From Candidatus Bathyarchaeia archaeon (GTDB lineage: Archaea; Thermoproteota; Bathyarchaeia; 40CM-2-53-6), in contig JBEKFP010000001.1 of the NCBI GenBank assembly GCA_050013255.1, positions 1,056,001 to 1,120,000 on the forward strand: 64,000 bases of DNA, written 5' to 3'. The notes beneath the pieces were generated by a model. The model was not told the DNA's origin and made no database searches. It saw only the letters and a list, made by a program, of their open reading frames with translations. The position numbers were made by a program, and so were the translations under genes. Positions 40,104 to 50,625 of the stretch are shown one piece after another. Every line of letters starts with the position of its first letter. Positions within the stretch are counted from its first letter, which is position 1.

Positions 40104-42137
40104 TTGCTTGAGCCACTGTTGGATTTACCCCACCGCATGAACTATGACCTTATGCCCGTCTTCACAGCTGTTTTCATGTACTCAATTCTCACATTGTTCG
40201 CCGCAGTTTTCCTCTACGGGGTCTACAGGCGCTTGCGGATCTACTTCAGGGGAACTTCTCCACCAAGGTTTGACCACCTAAAAGAAAGAGCCCTCAAGGC
40301 AATAGCAAACGCATTCATGCAACGAAAGGTTTTGAAGAAGAAATACCCCGGCATCATGCACCTTCTCATTTACTCTGGAATAATCGTCCTTTTGATAGGT
40401 ACGACTTTGGTGTTCATTGATTCTGACCTTTGGCAGACCATCTTTCATAGCCAAATCTTGGTCGGCAACTTCTACCTCTTCTTTGAACTCTTTTTGGACG
40501 CTTTTGGCCTTGTCGCCATAGCGGGCCTGCTAATCGCGATCTTCAGAAGAACGGTCTCTAGGCCACCGAATCTCCCCACGTCCCGGGATGACATCTACAT
40601 TTTTTCAGTTCTCTTAGTCATCCTGACAACAGGGTACGTCTTAGAAGCCATACGGCTTGCGGTTGATAAGCCAACTTGGGCGCAATGGTCATTCGTCGGA
40701 TACCAACTTTCCTTGTTGCTGATAAGCCATGGGCTCGACACCGAAGGAATCATAACCTTCTACCGTGGGCTGTGGTGGTTCCACGCGCTCCTCGCGTTCA
40801 CTGCCGTTGCGAGCATTCCGTACACGAAACTCTTTCACCTAATCACTTCGCCTCTTAATGCCCTCTTCGCGCACTTGCGACCAAAAGGTCAACTCAGCAC
40901 ACCGTTTGACCTGAAACAGCTCTTAGCTTCAGGCAACTTCGACATCAAAGTTGGAGCCGCGGCTATCACTGACTTCTCGTGGCAACAGAGGCTAACCTTT
41001 GACTCATGCACGTCGTGTGGGCGGTGTACAAACGCCTGTCCCGCAACCGCCGCTGGAACGCTTCTCTCACCAATGCACCTCATACTAAAGCTCAGAGGCC
41101 TGATGCTAACACAAACTGCGACTGATGGCGGAACCACAGCGGTCACCAATGTCGTGAACCCCGAGGAACTCTGGGCATGCACAACCTGCAGGGCATGCGT
41201 TAGCGAGTGCCCTGTTCTCATCGATCACATCGACGCAATAATCGACATGAGGCGGCACCTAGTCGGCGAAGGAAAACTTGACCGTGGCAAACGGGACCTA
41301 CTCACAAACCTGACTAACGTTTCCAACCCCTACGGCTTACCACCAGCGGACCGCATGAAATGGGCGGAAGGCCTTGATGTAAAGACTGTGAACGAGCAAC
41401 CGGAATTTGACCTCCTCTACTGGGTTGGCTGCTCAGGATCGTACGATCCCAGAAACCAGAACGTATCCAGAGCTATCGTCAAGATATTGAAAACAACAGG
41501 AATTCGTTTTGCAGTCCTTGGAAACGAAGAGAAATGTAACTGCGAAGTTGCTCGGAGACTCGGGGAGGAAGGGCGTTTTCAACAAGCAGCCATAGAGCTA
41601 GTCGACCTATTCAAGAAATATAACGTCAAAACTATTCTCACCCAATGCCCACATTGCTTCAACACCTTCAGGACCGAATATCCACAATTCGGCGCTGACT
41701 TACAGGTCATGCACCATTCACAACTCATCGCTCAACTCATCGCTGTAGGAAAGTTGAAACTCAAGAAAGGGTTGCAGGGGAACATTACGTTTCATGACCC
41801 ATGCTACCTGGGAAGGTACAATGGCGTCTATGATTCACCTAGAAAAATCCTAACCTCTCTCAGCACCGAAGGGATTAAAGAGATGCCTAGGTCCCGCGAG
41901 AACAGTTTCTGCTGTGGTGCGGGAGGAGCGAACTTCTGGTATAAAGTCGAGCAGAAGAAGAAAATAGGAGTGATACGTTTCGAGGAAGCACAACAAACTA
42001 AAGCAGGCACATTAGCAACTGCCTGCCCCTTCTGCACCTCGATGCTCGAAGACGCGTCGGTTGCCCTAGGAGCAAAAGGGTCGGTCGCGGTGCTGGATAT
42101 CGCCGAACTTGTTGAAGGCCAAATCGAATCTTCCTAA
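40104..42137 (+). CDS. Membrane Fe-S oxidoreductase (FadF/HdrD-related; probable ETF:quinone oxidoreductase)
   Basis: NarI-like TM domain with His, CxxCxxCxxxCP twice, two CCG domains; next to etfBA; start likely TTG 40104. Confidence 0.88.
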   Translation: MLEPLLDLPHRMNYDLMPVFTAVFMYSILTLFAAVFLYGVYRRLRIYFRGTSPPRFDHLKERALKAIANAFMQRKVLKKKYPGIMHLLIYSGIIVLLIGTTLVFIDSDLWQTIFHSQILVGNFYLFFELFLDAFGLVAIAGLLIAIFRRTVSRPPNLPTSRDDIYIFSVLLVILTTGYVLEAIRLAVDKPTWAQWSFVGYQLSLLLISHGLDTEGIITFYRGLWWFHALLAFTAVASIPYTKLFHLITSPLNALFAHLRPKGQLSTPFDLKQLLASGNFDIKVGAAAITDFSWQQRLTFDSCTSCGRCTNACPATAAGTLLSPMHLILKLRGLMLTQTATDGGTTAVTNVVNPEELWACTTCRACVSECPVLIDHIDAIIDMRRHLVGEGKLDRGKRDLLTNLTNVSNPYGLPPADRMKWAEGLDVKTVNEQPEFDLLYWVGCSGSYDPRNQNVSRAIVKILKTTGIRFAVLGNEEKCNCEVARRLGEEGRFQQAAIELVDLFKKYNVKTILTQCPHCFNTFRTEYPQFGADLQVMHHSQLIAQLIAVGKLKLKKGLQGNITFHDPCYLGRYNGVYDSPRKILTSLSTEGIKEMPRSRENSFCCGAGGANFWYKVEQKKKIGVIRFEEAQQTKAGTLATACPFCTSMLEDASVALGAKGSVAVLDIAELVEGQIESS

Positions 42138-42189
42138 CTTTTTAATCCGATAGCAAATTGAGGGAAACCAAGTCATCCAGTGATCGGCG

Positions 42190-42984
42190 ATGGTAAACAT
42201 CCTCGTACTCGTAAAACAGGTTCTTCAAACTGCAGAGTTGAAGGTTGACAAAAACACTAAGACCATGATCACTCAGGGTGTTCCTCGGGTCATTAGTGAA
42301 ACCGACAAGAACGCCATTGAGGAAGCAGTCAGGATCAAAGAGAAACACGGCGGAAAAATCACCGCAATAAGCCTCGGCCCGCCCGAGGCGAAAGAAGCAC
42401 TGAGGGAGGCCCTGGCAATGGGCGCCGACGAAGCCTGCCTTATAACCGACCCACTCTTCGAAGGATCCGACGCCCACGCAACCGCCAACGTCTTGGTCGC
42501 TGCAGTCACCAAGATACTTGATTACGACCTAATCCTCTGCGGAGCATACTCAGAGGATCTCTTCGCATTCCAAATCGGAGCAAGACTTGCGGAGATGTGT
42601 AACCTTCCCCAAATTACCTATGCCGCAAAAATCGCCCTCGAAAAAGGGAAAGTTGTTGTCGAAAGAGATCTAGAGAACGAACGCCAAATTGTAGAGGGCA
42701 CACTCCCATGCTTGATCAGTGTTGTGAGGGAGATTAATGAACCACGGCTTCCCACGCTGATGGCGATAATGGCTGCCTCCAAGAAGCCCACGAACATATG
42801 GTCGGCCGAAGACCTCAGCCTTGGCGCGGAGGAGCTAGGCTTCAACGGCTCACTTGTCGAAGTCTTACGCAGCACTGTTTCCGTGGGAGAAAGAAAGCAC
42901 ATAATGCTCCAAGGAGACGCGAAGGAAATCGGCCCGAAACTTGTCAAGGCTCTACTCCAAGAAGGGGTCCTGAAGGCGAACTAA
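42190..42984 (+). CDS. etfB: Electron transfer flavoprotein beta subunit
   Basis: VLVKQV, D.NAIEEA, ALAMGAD, INEPRLP. Confidence 0.95.
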   Translation: MVNILVLVKQVLQTAELKVDKNTKTMITQGVPRVISETDKNAIEEAVRIKEKHGGKITAISLGPPEAKEALREALAMGADEACLITDPLFEGSDAHATANVLVAAVTKILDYDLILCGAYSEDLFAFQIGARLAEMCNLPQITYAAKIALEKGKVVVERDLENERQIVEGTLPCLISVVREINEPRLPTLMAIMAASKKPTNIWSAEDLSLGAEELGFNGSLVEVLRSTVSVGERKHIMLQGDAKEIGPKLVKALLQEGVLKAN

Positions 42985-42986
42985 GC

Positions 42987-43964
42987 ATGGCGCAAGAAAA
43001 CAAAGGCGTTTGGGTGTTCTCAGAATTACCGCAGTTAACACTCGAACTCTTAGGAAAAGGAAGAAGCCTCGCTGACCAACTCGGAACGAACGTAACCGTT
43101 GTGTCGACAACAGTCGGCGAAGACGCCCAAAGGCTCATTCAGAATGGCGCTGACAAAGTCCTCTCAATTCCAGATCCTACCTTGAAGACCTTTCATGTTG
43201 ACACATATACTGATGCCCTTGCCTCGCTCGTCACCGAACACAAACCTGACATTCTACTCATAGGCGCAACTCGAAGCGGACTAGAGTTGGCACCCCGACT
43301 AGCTGAGCGGTTGAAGACTGGTTGCGTAACCGAAGCAACAAAATTAGAACCAGACGCCGAGAAGAACTACGTACTCATGGACAGAGTTACTCTGGGCGGC
43401 AATTTAGTGGAGACGCAAATATCAAGGTCGAAACCACAAATTGCAACAATTCCAAAGGGCTTATTCTCCCCGATTGCTCCTGATGCTTCGCGCAAAGGGG
43501 AAGTTATCAAGGTTGAACCAAAGATCAAACCCCCAAGCACAAAGCTCATCGAGACTAAGCCGAAACCCGCAAAAGGTGTGAAGCTTGTTGATGCTTCCGT
43601 GATTGTATCGTTTGGGCGCGGAGTACGCAAGAAAGAGGACATGGCGTTAATCGAACAGTTCGCCCAAACAGTTGGTGGTGTCGTTGGTTGTTCCCGGCCA
43701 ATTGCTGAAGACTTAGGCTGGCTCCCCGAGGGGCAATACATAGGCCTCTCCGGCCAGAAAGTTAGTCCGAAACTATACTTTGCCTTCGGAATTTCAGGGC
43801 AAATACAACACTTGACTGGAATAAGAAACAGCAGAATCATCGTTGCCGTGAACAACGATCCGAAGGCCCCGATTTTCGAGTTCAGCGACTACGGCATCGT
43901 GGCCGACCTGTACCAAATAATCCCAGCCTTCACAGAAGCCCTCAAGCAATTGGGGAAATCCTAA
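42987..43964 (+). CDS. etfA: Electron transfer flavoprotein alpha subunit
   Basis: GRG, GCSRP, IGLSG..V.PKLY..GISG.IQH..G, NNDP.APIF; start ATG 42987. Confidence 0.95.
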   Translation: MAQENKGVWVFSELPQLTLELLGKGRSLADQLGTNVTVVSTTVGEDAQRLIQNGADKVLSIPDPTLKTFHVDTYTDALASLVTEHKPDILLIGATRSGLELAPRLAERLKTGCVTEATKLEPDAEKNYVLMDRVTLGGNLVETQISRSKPQIATIPKGLFSPIAPDASRKGEVIKVEPKIKPPSTKLIETKPKPAKGVKLVDASVIVSFGRGVRKKEDMALIEQFAQTVGGVVGCSRPIAEDLGWLPEGQYIGLSGQKVSPKLYFAFGISGQIQHLTGIRNSRIIVAVNNDPKAPIFEFSDYGIVADLYQIIPAFTEALKQLGKS

Positions 43965-44072
43965 CCAGAGAATTACGGGCTAAAGAAGCACCGTTATTTT
44001 CGCTGAGAATACGTGTCTAACCCTTCTAGGGAATTGAAGCACAACAATGCCATCGAATGCGCATTGAAGAGA

Positions 44073-45329
44073 CTAGGTGCTATGGCTTCCTCTGCGAGAC
44101 CCCGTCCCAAGTAGTGAGGGAACTGAAAGAACGGATGCCGAAACGAGGGTTATGAAGAGGCGAGGGTCCCGAGCCAAAGATAGTAGAGTTCTGCCTTGGA
44201 AGTCAATGTCCGCCGTTCTGTTGAGAATGTCATCCGCCCTTAACTCCGCTGAAATTCTAAAGATGCGGTTTAGCTGCTGGTCGGGTAATCTGTAGAGCAG
44301 CCTACGGAGCCACGACATGGCGGTTAGGTCGAGCCCTATTAATCGCCGCCACGCGTTCTCATAGGTTCTAAGGTTAGACGCAGACACGTCTCCTTCTTCC
44401 ACGGCTCCTGCGGAGGTCTCACCAGCAATCCGTCCGCAGGCTAGGCCAAACACGATGCCACCTCCCGTCGTTGGCTTAACTTGCGATGCCGCGTCTCCCA
44501 CAGTTAGTATGTTGTCAGCGTACGTGCGACTTCGCGCGCCGCCTACGGGGATGAGGTGGTACATAGGGGCAGTTGTAGGTTTCGCGTGCTTGAGCTTCAC
44601 TGATACCACACGGTGCCTGTGAATGAAGCGCTCGAAACATTCCCGAACGTTAGCACGCCCCCCGGCTGCTATCCCAACCTTAGCCGAACCATCGCGGCGG
44701 GGTATGATCCAACCAAAGAAACCCGGCGCAAAGCCTTGCCCGAAATAAACCTCAACAAAGTCTTCATCTACGTCAGTCAGATTCTCCACATTAAACTGGG
44801 CTGAATTCACAAGCATTCCTCTCCCGGACTTCGCGAGGCCAACGTATTTTGAAATAGACGCCCGACAACCACTGGCGTCAATTAACATCTTGCAAGAGAA
44901 GTCTCCAGCATTCCGACCACCTGCCTTGAGCCTAACTCCTCCTCCAGAACGTTCGAAACTCTCGACACGGGAACCCAGCCGGAGGGACGCCCCGCTTTCA
45001 ATTGCTAGAGAAGCTAGGTGCTTATCAAATTCAGCCCGGTTCAGAACCCATGTGACCGGTTTCGGCCTATAGAGTGTTAGGGGCCTTCCGTTTGGTGGGT
45101 GGAGGACTGCGCCTTTGATCTCATTCTCTATGATCCTTGTTGGCATCTCAGGGGCGAATTGTTTGAAGGCGAGAATGCCCACGTGGCCAGAGCAGTGAGA
45201 AGGTTCTCCCACCTGTTCGTGTTCTTCAAAGATTGATACCGAGAGGCCCCGCTGCGCGGCGGCGATAGCTGCGCTTGCTCCGCTTACCCCACATCCAACG
45301 ATCGCTATATCAGCTGAGTATGCGTGCAA
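44073..45329 (-). CDS. Geranylgeranyl reductase family (archaeal lipid saturation)
   Basis: VGCGVSG FAD motif, R.EFD, PGFFGWIIP, GDAA.QVKP.TGGGI. Confidence 0.88.
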   Translation of the reverse strand: MHAYSADIAIVGCGVSGASAAIAAAQRGLSVSIFEEHEQVGEPSHCSGHVGILAFKQFAPEMPTRIIENEIKGAVLHPPNGRPLTLYRPKPVTWVLNRAEFDKHLASLAIESGASLRLGSRVESFERSGGGVRLKAGGRNAGDFSCKMLIDASGCRASISKYVGLAKSGRGMLVNSAQFNVENLTDVDEDFVEVYFGQGFAPGFFGWIIPRRDGSAKVGIAAGGRANVRECFERFIHRHRVVSVKLKHAKPTTAPMYHLIPVGGARSRTYADNILTVGDAASQVKPTTGGGIVFGLACGRIAGETSAGAVEEGDVSASNLRTYENAWRRLIGLDLTAMSWLRRLLYRLPDQQLNRIFRISAELRADDILNRTADIDFQGRTLLSLARDPRLFITLVSASVLSVPSLLGTGSRRGSHST

Positions 45330-45402
45330 GTTTCCTTTTCACAGCAATGCCGTGCCAGTGCACGGTTCAGGAGGGACAAAGAGATGAACTTGATGGAAGC
45401 AG

Positions 45403-45642
45403 TTAGGCTTGTGTCTGTGGTTCTGCTAATTCTACTCGCCGTTTGCCCTTCGTTTGCCGAGATACCCTTACTATTCCGGTAACTTCCAGTTTCAAGAGGA
45501 TTCGATTCAGCTCGCGAAAGCTGAGGTCCTCTTTGCCGTTCCGGATCTCTCGAAGCAATTCGTCGTCCGTCATTGCGCCTTTTCGTGTTATGACGTCTAG
45601 TACTAAGAGTTGTAGGGGGCGGGGACCCCAGACTTTTTCCAA
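45403..45642 (-). CDS. Small winged-helix protein downstream of cdc48
   Basis: KGAMTDDELL...LS.RELN..L.KLE..GIV.V wHTH pattern. Confidence 0.7.
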   Translation of the reverse strand: MEKVWGPRPLQLLVLDVITRKGAMTDDELLREIRNGKEDLSFRELNRILLKLEVTGIVRVSRQTKGKRRVELAEPQTQA

Positions 45643-45669
45643 GGATTTTGCACCGTCAGTTTCCTTGCT

Positions 45670-47850
45670 TTACGCGATGGGTGTGGGGGCTGATGCTCGC
45701 TCTCTTCTAAGTCGCTTCGAGAACTTCTGGTACCACGCGTCGTCTTCCGAGGTTATGCTTGGGCCGACCCTCTCCATCGCAACATCAAAGTCGCGCCTTG
45801 AAACCTCCGTGCACTCAATGTCCTCCCTCAATGCGTTCATGGCTGCCTCCCGGCAGATTCCTTCAATGTCCGCGCCGGAATATCCTTGGGCTTTCCTGGC
45901 CAACTCGTCAAGCACCACGTCTCTAGACAACGGCATTCCAGTTGTATGAATCTTGAAGATTTCCTTCAGAGAGTCGAAGTCTGGCGAGGGCACGAAGATT
46001 AATCGGTCGAACCTGCCCGGTCTCATGACAGCTGGGTCTAGCATGTCGGGGCGGTTCGTCGCAGCTATTACTAGCACGTTTTGGAGAGTTTCGATGCCGT
46101 CAATTTCAGTCAGCAGCTGGCTGATGACGCGTTCGCTAGCACCCGAGTCACCGTAACCCAAGCCACGTCTCGGCACTATTGCGTCGAGTTCGTCGAAGAA
46201 AATTATGGCGGGTGCTGCGGTCCGGCCTTTCCTAAAGACTTCGCGAATTGCTTTCTCCGACTCGCCTACCCATTTCGAGAATATTTCGGGGCCCTTTATG
46301 GAGATGAAGTTCGCTTCGCTTTCCGTCGCCACTGCCCTTGCCAAGAGTGTCTTTCCGCATCCAGGGGGCCCGTAGAGTAAGATTCCACGTGGGGGTTTAA
46401 TGCCCATTTTCTTGAATACTTCTGGCTTCTTGAGAGGCCACTCGACTGATTCCATAAGTTCCTGCTTAACCTGTTTCAAGCCGCCGACTTCATTCCAGTG
46501 AACCTGCGGGACTTCTACGTACACTTCACGCATAGCGGTCGGTGTTATCTCCCTGTACGCCGAGAGGAAGTCGTCCATCTTGACTATCATTTTCTCCAAG
46601 GTTTCAGGCGGTATCCGTTCCTCCTCAAGGTTGAACTCAGGTATGTATCGCCTCAGCGCTTTCATTGCTGCCTCCCGACAGAGAGAAGCCATGTCGGCTC
46701 CCGTGTACCCGTGGGTGACATCAGACAGCCGCTTCAAGTCAACATCTTCTGCTAACGGCATGTTACGTGTGTGAATCTGCAGAACTTCATAGCGTCCTGC
46801 TTTATCTGGGACGCCAATTTCTATTTCACGGTCGAATCTTCCCGGCCTGCGGAGAGCTGGGTCTATTGCGTTAGGTCGGTTTGTGGCTCCGATAACAATG
46901 ATGTTCCCTCGAGAACCCATACCATCCATTAGTGAGAGTAGTTGTGCGACGACTCGACGTTCAACTTCTCCAGTGACTTCTTCGCGTTTGGGTGCTATGG
47001 CATCCATTTCATCTATGAAAATGATGCTTGGCGACGTTTCTTGGGCTTTCTGGAAGATTTCCCGCAACCTCGCCTCTGATTCGCCGTAGAACTTCGACAT
47101 AATCTCCGGTCCGGAGATCACATAGAAGTTGGCGTCGGATTCGTTGGCGACAGCCTTGGCTAGCAAGGTTTTACCGCATCCCGGAGGGCCGTATAGGAAA
47201 ACACCACGAGGCGGCTCGATGCCTAACCGTTGGAAGAGTTCAGGGTGCCTGAGAGGGAGTTCTACCATTTCACGGATGCGTTGAATCTCCTCGTGTAAGC
47301 CGCCTATGTCTTCATAGGTGACTATTGGAATACCTTTCTTCTCGGGGGTCGGTTCGCTAAGTACTTGCACGTGAGCTGCTTCAGTGATCTTTACGGCGCC
47401 ATGCGGCCTAGTCCTAGTAACGATTAGTGGGACAGCGCTACCGAATATTGACAGTAGCGTCATGTCGCCTTCGATAAAGGGCATATCCATGAATCGGCGT
47501 TTTACGAAGCTGACGAACTCTTCATCCACGCTTAGTCTGACGTCGGTCGGCGCGAAGATTATGGCTTGAGCGTCTTTCACGTCCGCTTTTCTAACGCTAA
47601 CGTATTCATTGAGGGCTACCCCGGCGTTTCTTCGAATCAAACCGTCCATTCTAATGATTTCCTGGCCTTGGTCTTCAGCGTAGGCTGGCCAGGCTACGGC
47701 GACGGTCATCTTCTTACCGTGTATCTCGACGAAGTCACCGGCTGTAATGCCGAGTTTCTGCATCGTATCGTTGTCTATGCGGACCTTACCGTGACCAACA
47801 TCACGTTGTCTGGCGTCGGCAACTCTCAACGAAGATTCTTTACTGCTCAT
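45670..47850 (-). CDS. cdc48: Cdc48/VCP AAA+ ATPase
   Basis: N domain plus two AAA modules (GPPGCGKT, DE, RPGRFDR). Confidence 0.97.
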   Translation of the reverse strand: MSSKESSLRVADARQRDVGHGKVRIDNDTMQKLGITAGDFVEIHGKKMTVAVAWPAYAEDQGQEIIRMDGLIRRNAGVALNEYVSVRKADVKDAQAIIFAPTDVRLSVDEEFVSFVKRRFMDMPFIEGDMTLLSIFGSAVPLIVTRTRPHGAVKITEAAHVQVLSEPTPEKKGIPIVTYEDIGGLHEEIQRIREMVELPLRHPELFQRLGIEPPRGVFLYGPPGCGKTLLAKAVANESDANFYVISGPEIMSKFYGESEARLREIFQKAQETSPSIIFIDEMDAIAPKREEVTGEVERRVVAQLLSLMDGMGSRGNIIVIGATNRPNAIDPALRRPGRFDREIEIGVPDKAGRYEVLQIHTRNMPLAEDVDLKRLSDVTHGYTGADMASLCREAAMKALRRYIPEFNLEEERIPPETLEKMIVKMDDFLSAYREITPTAMREVYVEVPQVHWNEVGGLKQVKQELMESVEWPLKKPEVFKKMGIKPPRGILLYGPPGCGKTLLARAVATESEANFISIKGPEIFSKWVGESEKAIREVFRKGRTAAPAIIFFDELDAIVPRRGLGYGDSGASERVISQLLTEIDGIETLQNVLVIAATNRPDMLDPAVMRPGRFDRLIFVPSPDFDSLKEIFKIHTTGMPLSRDVVLDELARKAQGYSGADIEGICREAAMNALREDIECTEVSRRDFDVAMERVGPSITSEDDAWYQKFSKRLRRERASAPTPIA

Positions 47851-48007
47851 CGTTTGACACCTTCAATAGGATTCCAGCACGAGTCGTGCTGGTCAGACCT
47901 TGACTTTTGATATTAAAATCCCTTGTGTAATATCCATCATCTGCCCTTACATTACTCGGCAAGATGGTCTGGCGTGTAGATTCATTCATGGGGAATCCAC
48001 CAAAGAT

Positions 48008-48057
48008 TTTGTTACGTATGGTAACAAACTACGGATATAAACGTTACTTACAGTAAC
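48008..48057. promoter_or_regulatory. cdc48 promoter with two GTTAC-N5-GTAAC palindromes flanking the TATA box
   Basis: TTTGTTAC-GTATG-GTAACAAA (48008-48028), TTTATATC on the minus strand (48034-48041), GTTAC-TTACA-GTAAC (48043-48057). Confidence 0.65.
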
Positions 48058-48061
48058 AGTT

Positions 48062-48331
48062 TTAGTAGCGAACGACTCGTTGGACTTGTATTTCGCTCAC
48101 CAATTCCACCGAACGTATAGCTTCTTCGACCTGATCCATTTTCCCCTCAACGTCTTCCGGAAGTAGAACATGCGCAATCAATGCGACTAAGCCAAAAGCG
48201 ATAGGCTCTTCCTCGAATCTTTGAACGGTAGAGTCAGCTGGTAGAGACGCTTGAATCTTGGCCTTCAAGCCGTCTAGGTCGATATTTGCATCGGATGGAA
48301 AGATCTTGATTGATGCAAGTACCTTCGCCAT
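48062..48331 (-). CDS. ef1b: Translation elongation factor aEF-1beta
   Basis: EEPIAFGLVAL motif, 89 aa. Confidence 0.95.
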   Translation of the reverse strand: MAKVLASIKIFPSDANIDLDGLKAKIQASLPADSTVQRFEEEPIAFGLVALIAHVLLPEDVEGKMDQVEEAIRSVELVSEIQVQRVVRY

Positions 48332-48355
48332 GAGCTCTCAACTAGCAAAAAAGTC

Positions 48356-48559
48356 TCATGGGCCGGTGAAACCGCATTTAACGCAGCGGTAAGGTCGGCC
48401 GAACATTCGGCATTTCTCACACCGCCAGATGGTCACTTCGCCGCAACTGGGACATGGAAACTTTACAGCCCCCTCGCCTGGGAGGATGGTTCGCGCGCAC
48501 CACGTACACGTGGGCATACGAATACCCTTTTCGCTCGACATCGTGGCAGTAGCACTCAT
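48356..48559 (-). CDS. Zn-ribbon protein, HVO_2753/DUF1610 family
   Basis: C..C...F.CP.CGE..I.RC.KCR....Y.C.KCGFTGP; conserved position upstream of EF-1beta. Confidence 0.92.
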   Translation of the reverse strand: MSATATMSSEKGIRMPTCTWCARTILPGEGAVKFPCPSCGEVTIWRCEKCRMFGRPYRCVKCGFTGP

Positions 48560-48741
48560 CTAATCGCACTTCGGGTTCCCACACGCACGGCTCTGAAGGT
48601 TATAAATTGATTGCTAGCTTCACGCGCCTTGGTAGGTCCAAAGCCCGGTTTGACGTCAACGATTGGAAGAACCGACAAATTCAAACAGCAGCTTTGTAAC
48701 ACTTCTAGTAGCCTATTCCAGCTTACCCTAGGGACACAACA

Positions 48742-49200
48742 TTGGTCAAAATAGACTCAGTTTGCGATCTCGATCGTTTCCGCCGTTTCATGATCATGAG
48801 CACCTGCCAATCATACATTCCACTAGACATGGACGAAGACGAGACCATATACCCCGAAAGGTCCTCAGAAAAAGGGACAATGTATGTTGAGGCCGAAGAT
48901 AAGGAGACTCTTCAACAAATACGCGAGATCAGGTTCACAAGGGTGTCGAATGTGTTGGGAATAATTTACAACTCCAAAAGCGGCCGAACCCAATTGAAGT
49001 GGCGGCACCTGAAAGGCAGGGTCGGCCGACTGAGCGGTGAGGCGAGCCCAAACACACTGGTCAACCTATTCGCCTCCCAGGCCCTGTCAGAGTCCTATGC
49101 AATAGCTGGCCGTGAAGGAGAAACTGAAACCGAAACGGAACCAGAATCAGTCAGGGAAGAGGCTTCAAACTCTATACATGAAGCTTTCGCAGACACGTGA
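48742..49200 (+). CDS. Conserved hypothetical protein
   Basis: 152 aa ORF, TC.SYIP..YPER..YVEAEDK..I.F....VLGIIY.SKSG. Confidence 0.7.
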   Translation: MVKIDSVCDLDRFRRFMIMSTCQSYIPLDMDEDETIYPERSSEKGTMYVEAEDKETLQQIREIRFTRVSNVLGIIYNSKSGRTQLKWRHLKGRVGRLSGEASPNTLVNLFASQALSESYAIAGREGETETETEPESVREEASNSIHEAFADT

Positions 49201-49557
49201 AAGCCAACCACAACAGTGCACCTACCTTCCGAGCCAGATTCCCAGGTTTGCCTTGTGGAAGTCTAAACGGCTAATCTAGCATCGGCAGGCATCTCTATGC
49301 AAGGCGCAAACGGCCCAATGCGACTTGAATCAGAAGTACGTCGGTCAGAAGTGTTAGAGCAGCACTTCGTTCATGGTAAATGGGCCATTGTCAAGGTCTA
49401 CATTAGAGGAGAGCTTCGCGAAATCGTCGTCAGGATCAGGGAAGGCCACAATTCCTAGATGCAATTCTCAATCTCAATTACCCCTCGACTCTCCATACAA
49501 ATTTTGTAATAGTAGGAAGCAAGTACAACCAAGGGCTGGGGGAGGTAGGGATAAGCC

Positions 49558-50592
49558 TTGGGTGTTGACCTAGCGGGTATCATACCCGAGCAGGCAATTA
49601 CCCTCGACAGTTTATCGAATAAGACACTTGCAGTGGACGCATACAACGCGCTATTCCAGTTCCTGGCTATAATTCGTCAACCAGACGGAACGCCACTGAA
49701 GGACCGGCGTGGGAGAATTACAAGCCATCTTAGTGGTTTATTGTATAGGACGGCAAACCTTGCGGAGAAAGGAATCAAGCTCGTCTTCGTGTTTGATGGG
49801 AAACCGCCGGAACTGAAGGAAGAGGAAATCCGTAGGCGGCGGCAGGTGAAAGAGGAAGCGGTGGTGCGCTACGAACGGGCATTGAAAGAAGGAAGGATGG
49901 AAGAGGCGAGAACATACGCCCAAGCAACCTCACGGCTGAAAGATGATATGGTCGACGACGCCAAGAAACTTCTCGTCGCGCTAGGCGTTGCTTGGATTCA
50001 GGCCCCCTCAGAGGGAGAAGCCCAAGCATCATTCATAGCGTCACGTGGAGATGTCTGGGCGGTTGCATCTCAGGACCACGACTCACTACTCTTTGGGGCG
50101 CCAAGAATGGTGAAGAACCTTGCTATTACAGGACGCAGAAAACTGCCACGCAGGAATGCCTACGTTGAGGTCGAACCCAAGATAATTGAATTGGCAAAAG
50201 TACTCGAGGAACTCTCTCTGACGAGAGAGCAACTTGTTGATGTGGGCATACTGATTGGAACTGATTTCGATCCAGATGGTGTCAAGGGTATCGGTCCTAA
50301 GACCGCCGTAAAACTGATCCGTGAGCACGGTAATCTCGAAAAAGTGATGGCTAACAACCCTGAAGTAAAGATCTATCCTGCGCCTGAAAACATACGAAAG
50401 ATATTCCTACAACCGGACGTAACCCCTGACTACTTGCTAAAATGGTCGAGACCTGACGAAGAGAAAGTAGTATCCTTCCTATGCGGTGAACGTGATTTTT
50501 CCGAGGACCGCGTGCGAAAAGCTGTGTCAAGAATGATCACAGTTGCAACGCCTTCGCCTCCGAAAACGACACTTGAGTCTTACTTCGGCTAG
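49558..50592 (+). CDS. fen: Flap endonuclease 1
   Basis: DAYNALFQFL.IIRQPDG, SEGEAQ, GTDF, C-terminal PIP-like KTTLESYF. Confidence 0.97.
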   Translation: MGVDLAGIIPEQAITLDSLSNKTLAVDAYNALFQFLAIIRQPDGTPLKDRRGRITSHLSGLLYRTANLAEKGIKLVFVFDGKPPELKEEEIRRRRQVKEEAVVRYERALKEGRMEEARTYAQATSRLKDDMVDDAKKLLVALGVAWIQAPSEGEAQASFIASRGDVWAVASQDHDSLLFGAPRMVKNLAITGRRKLPRRNAYVEVEPKIIELAKVLEELSLTREQLVDVGILIGTDFDPDGVKGIGPKTAVKLIREHGNLEKVMANNPEVKIYPAPENIRKIFLQPDVTPDYLLKWSRPDEEKVVSFLCGERDFSEDRVRKAVSRMITVATPSPPKTTLESYFG

Positions 50593-50625
50593 TCAAGTGT
50601 TCATGTCGGCGAAAGGCGCATCTAC

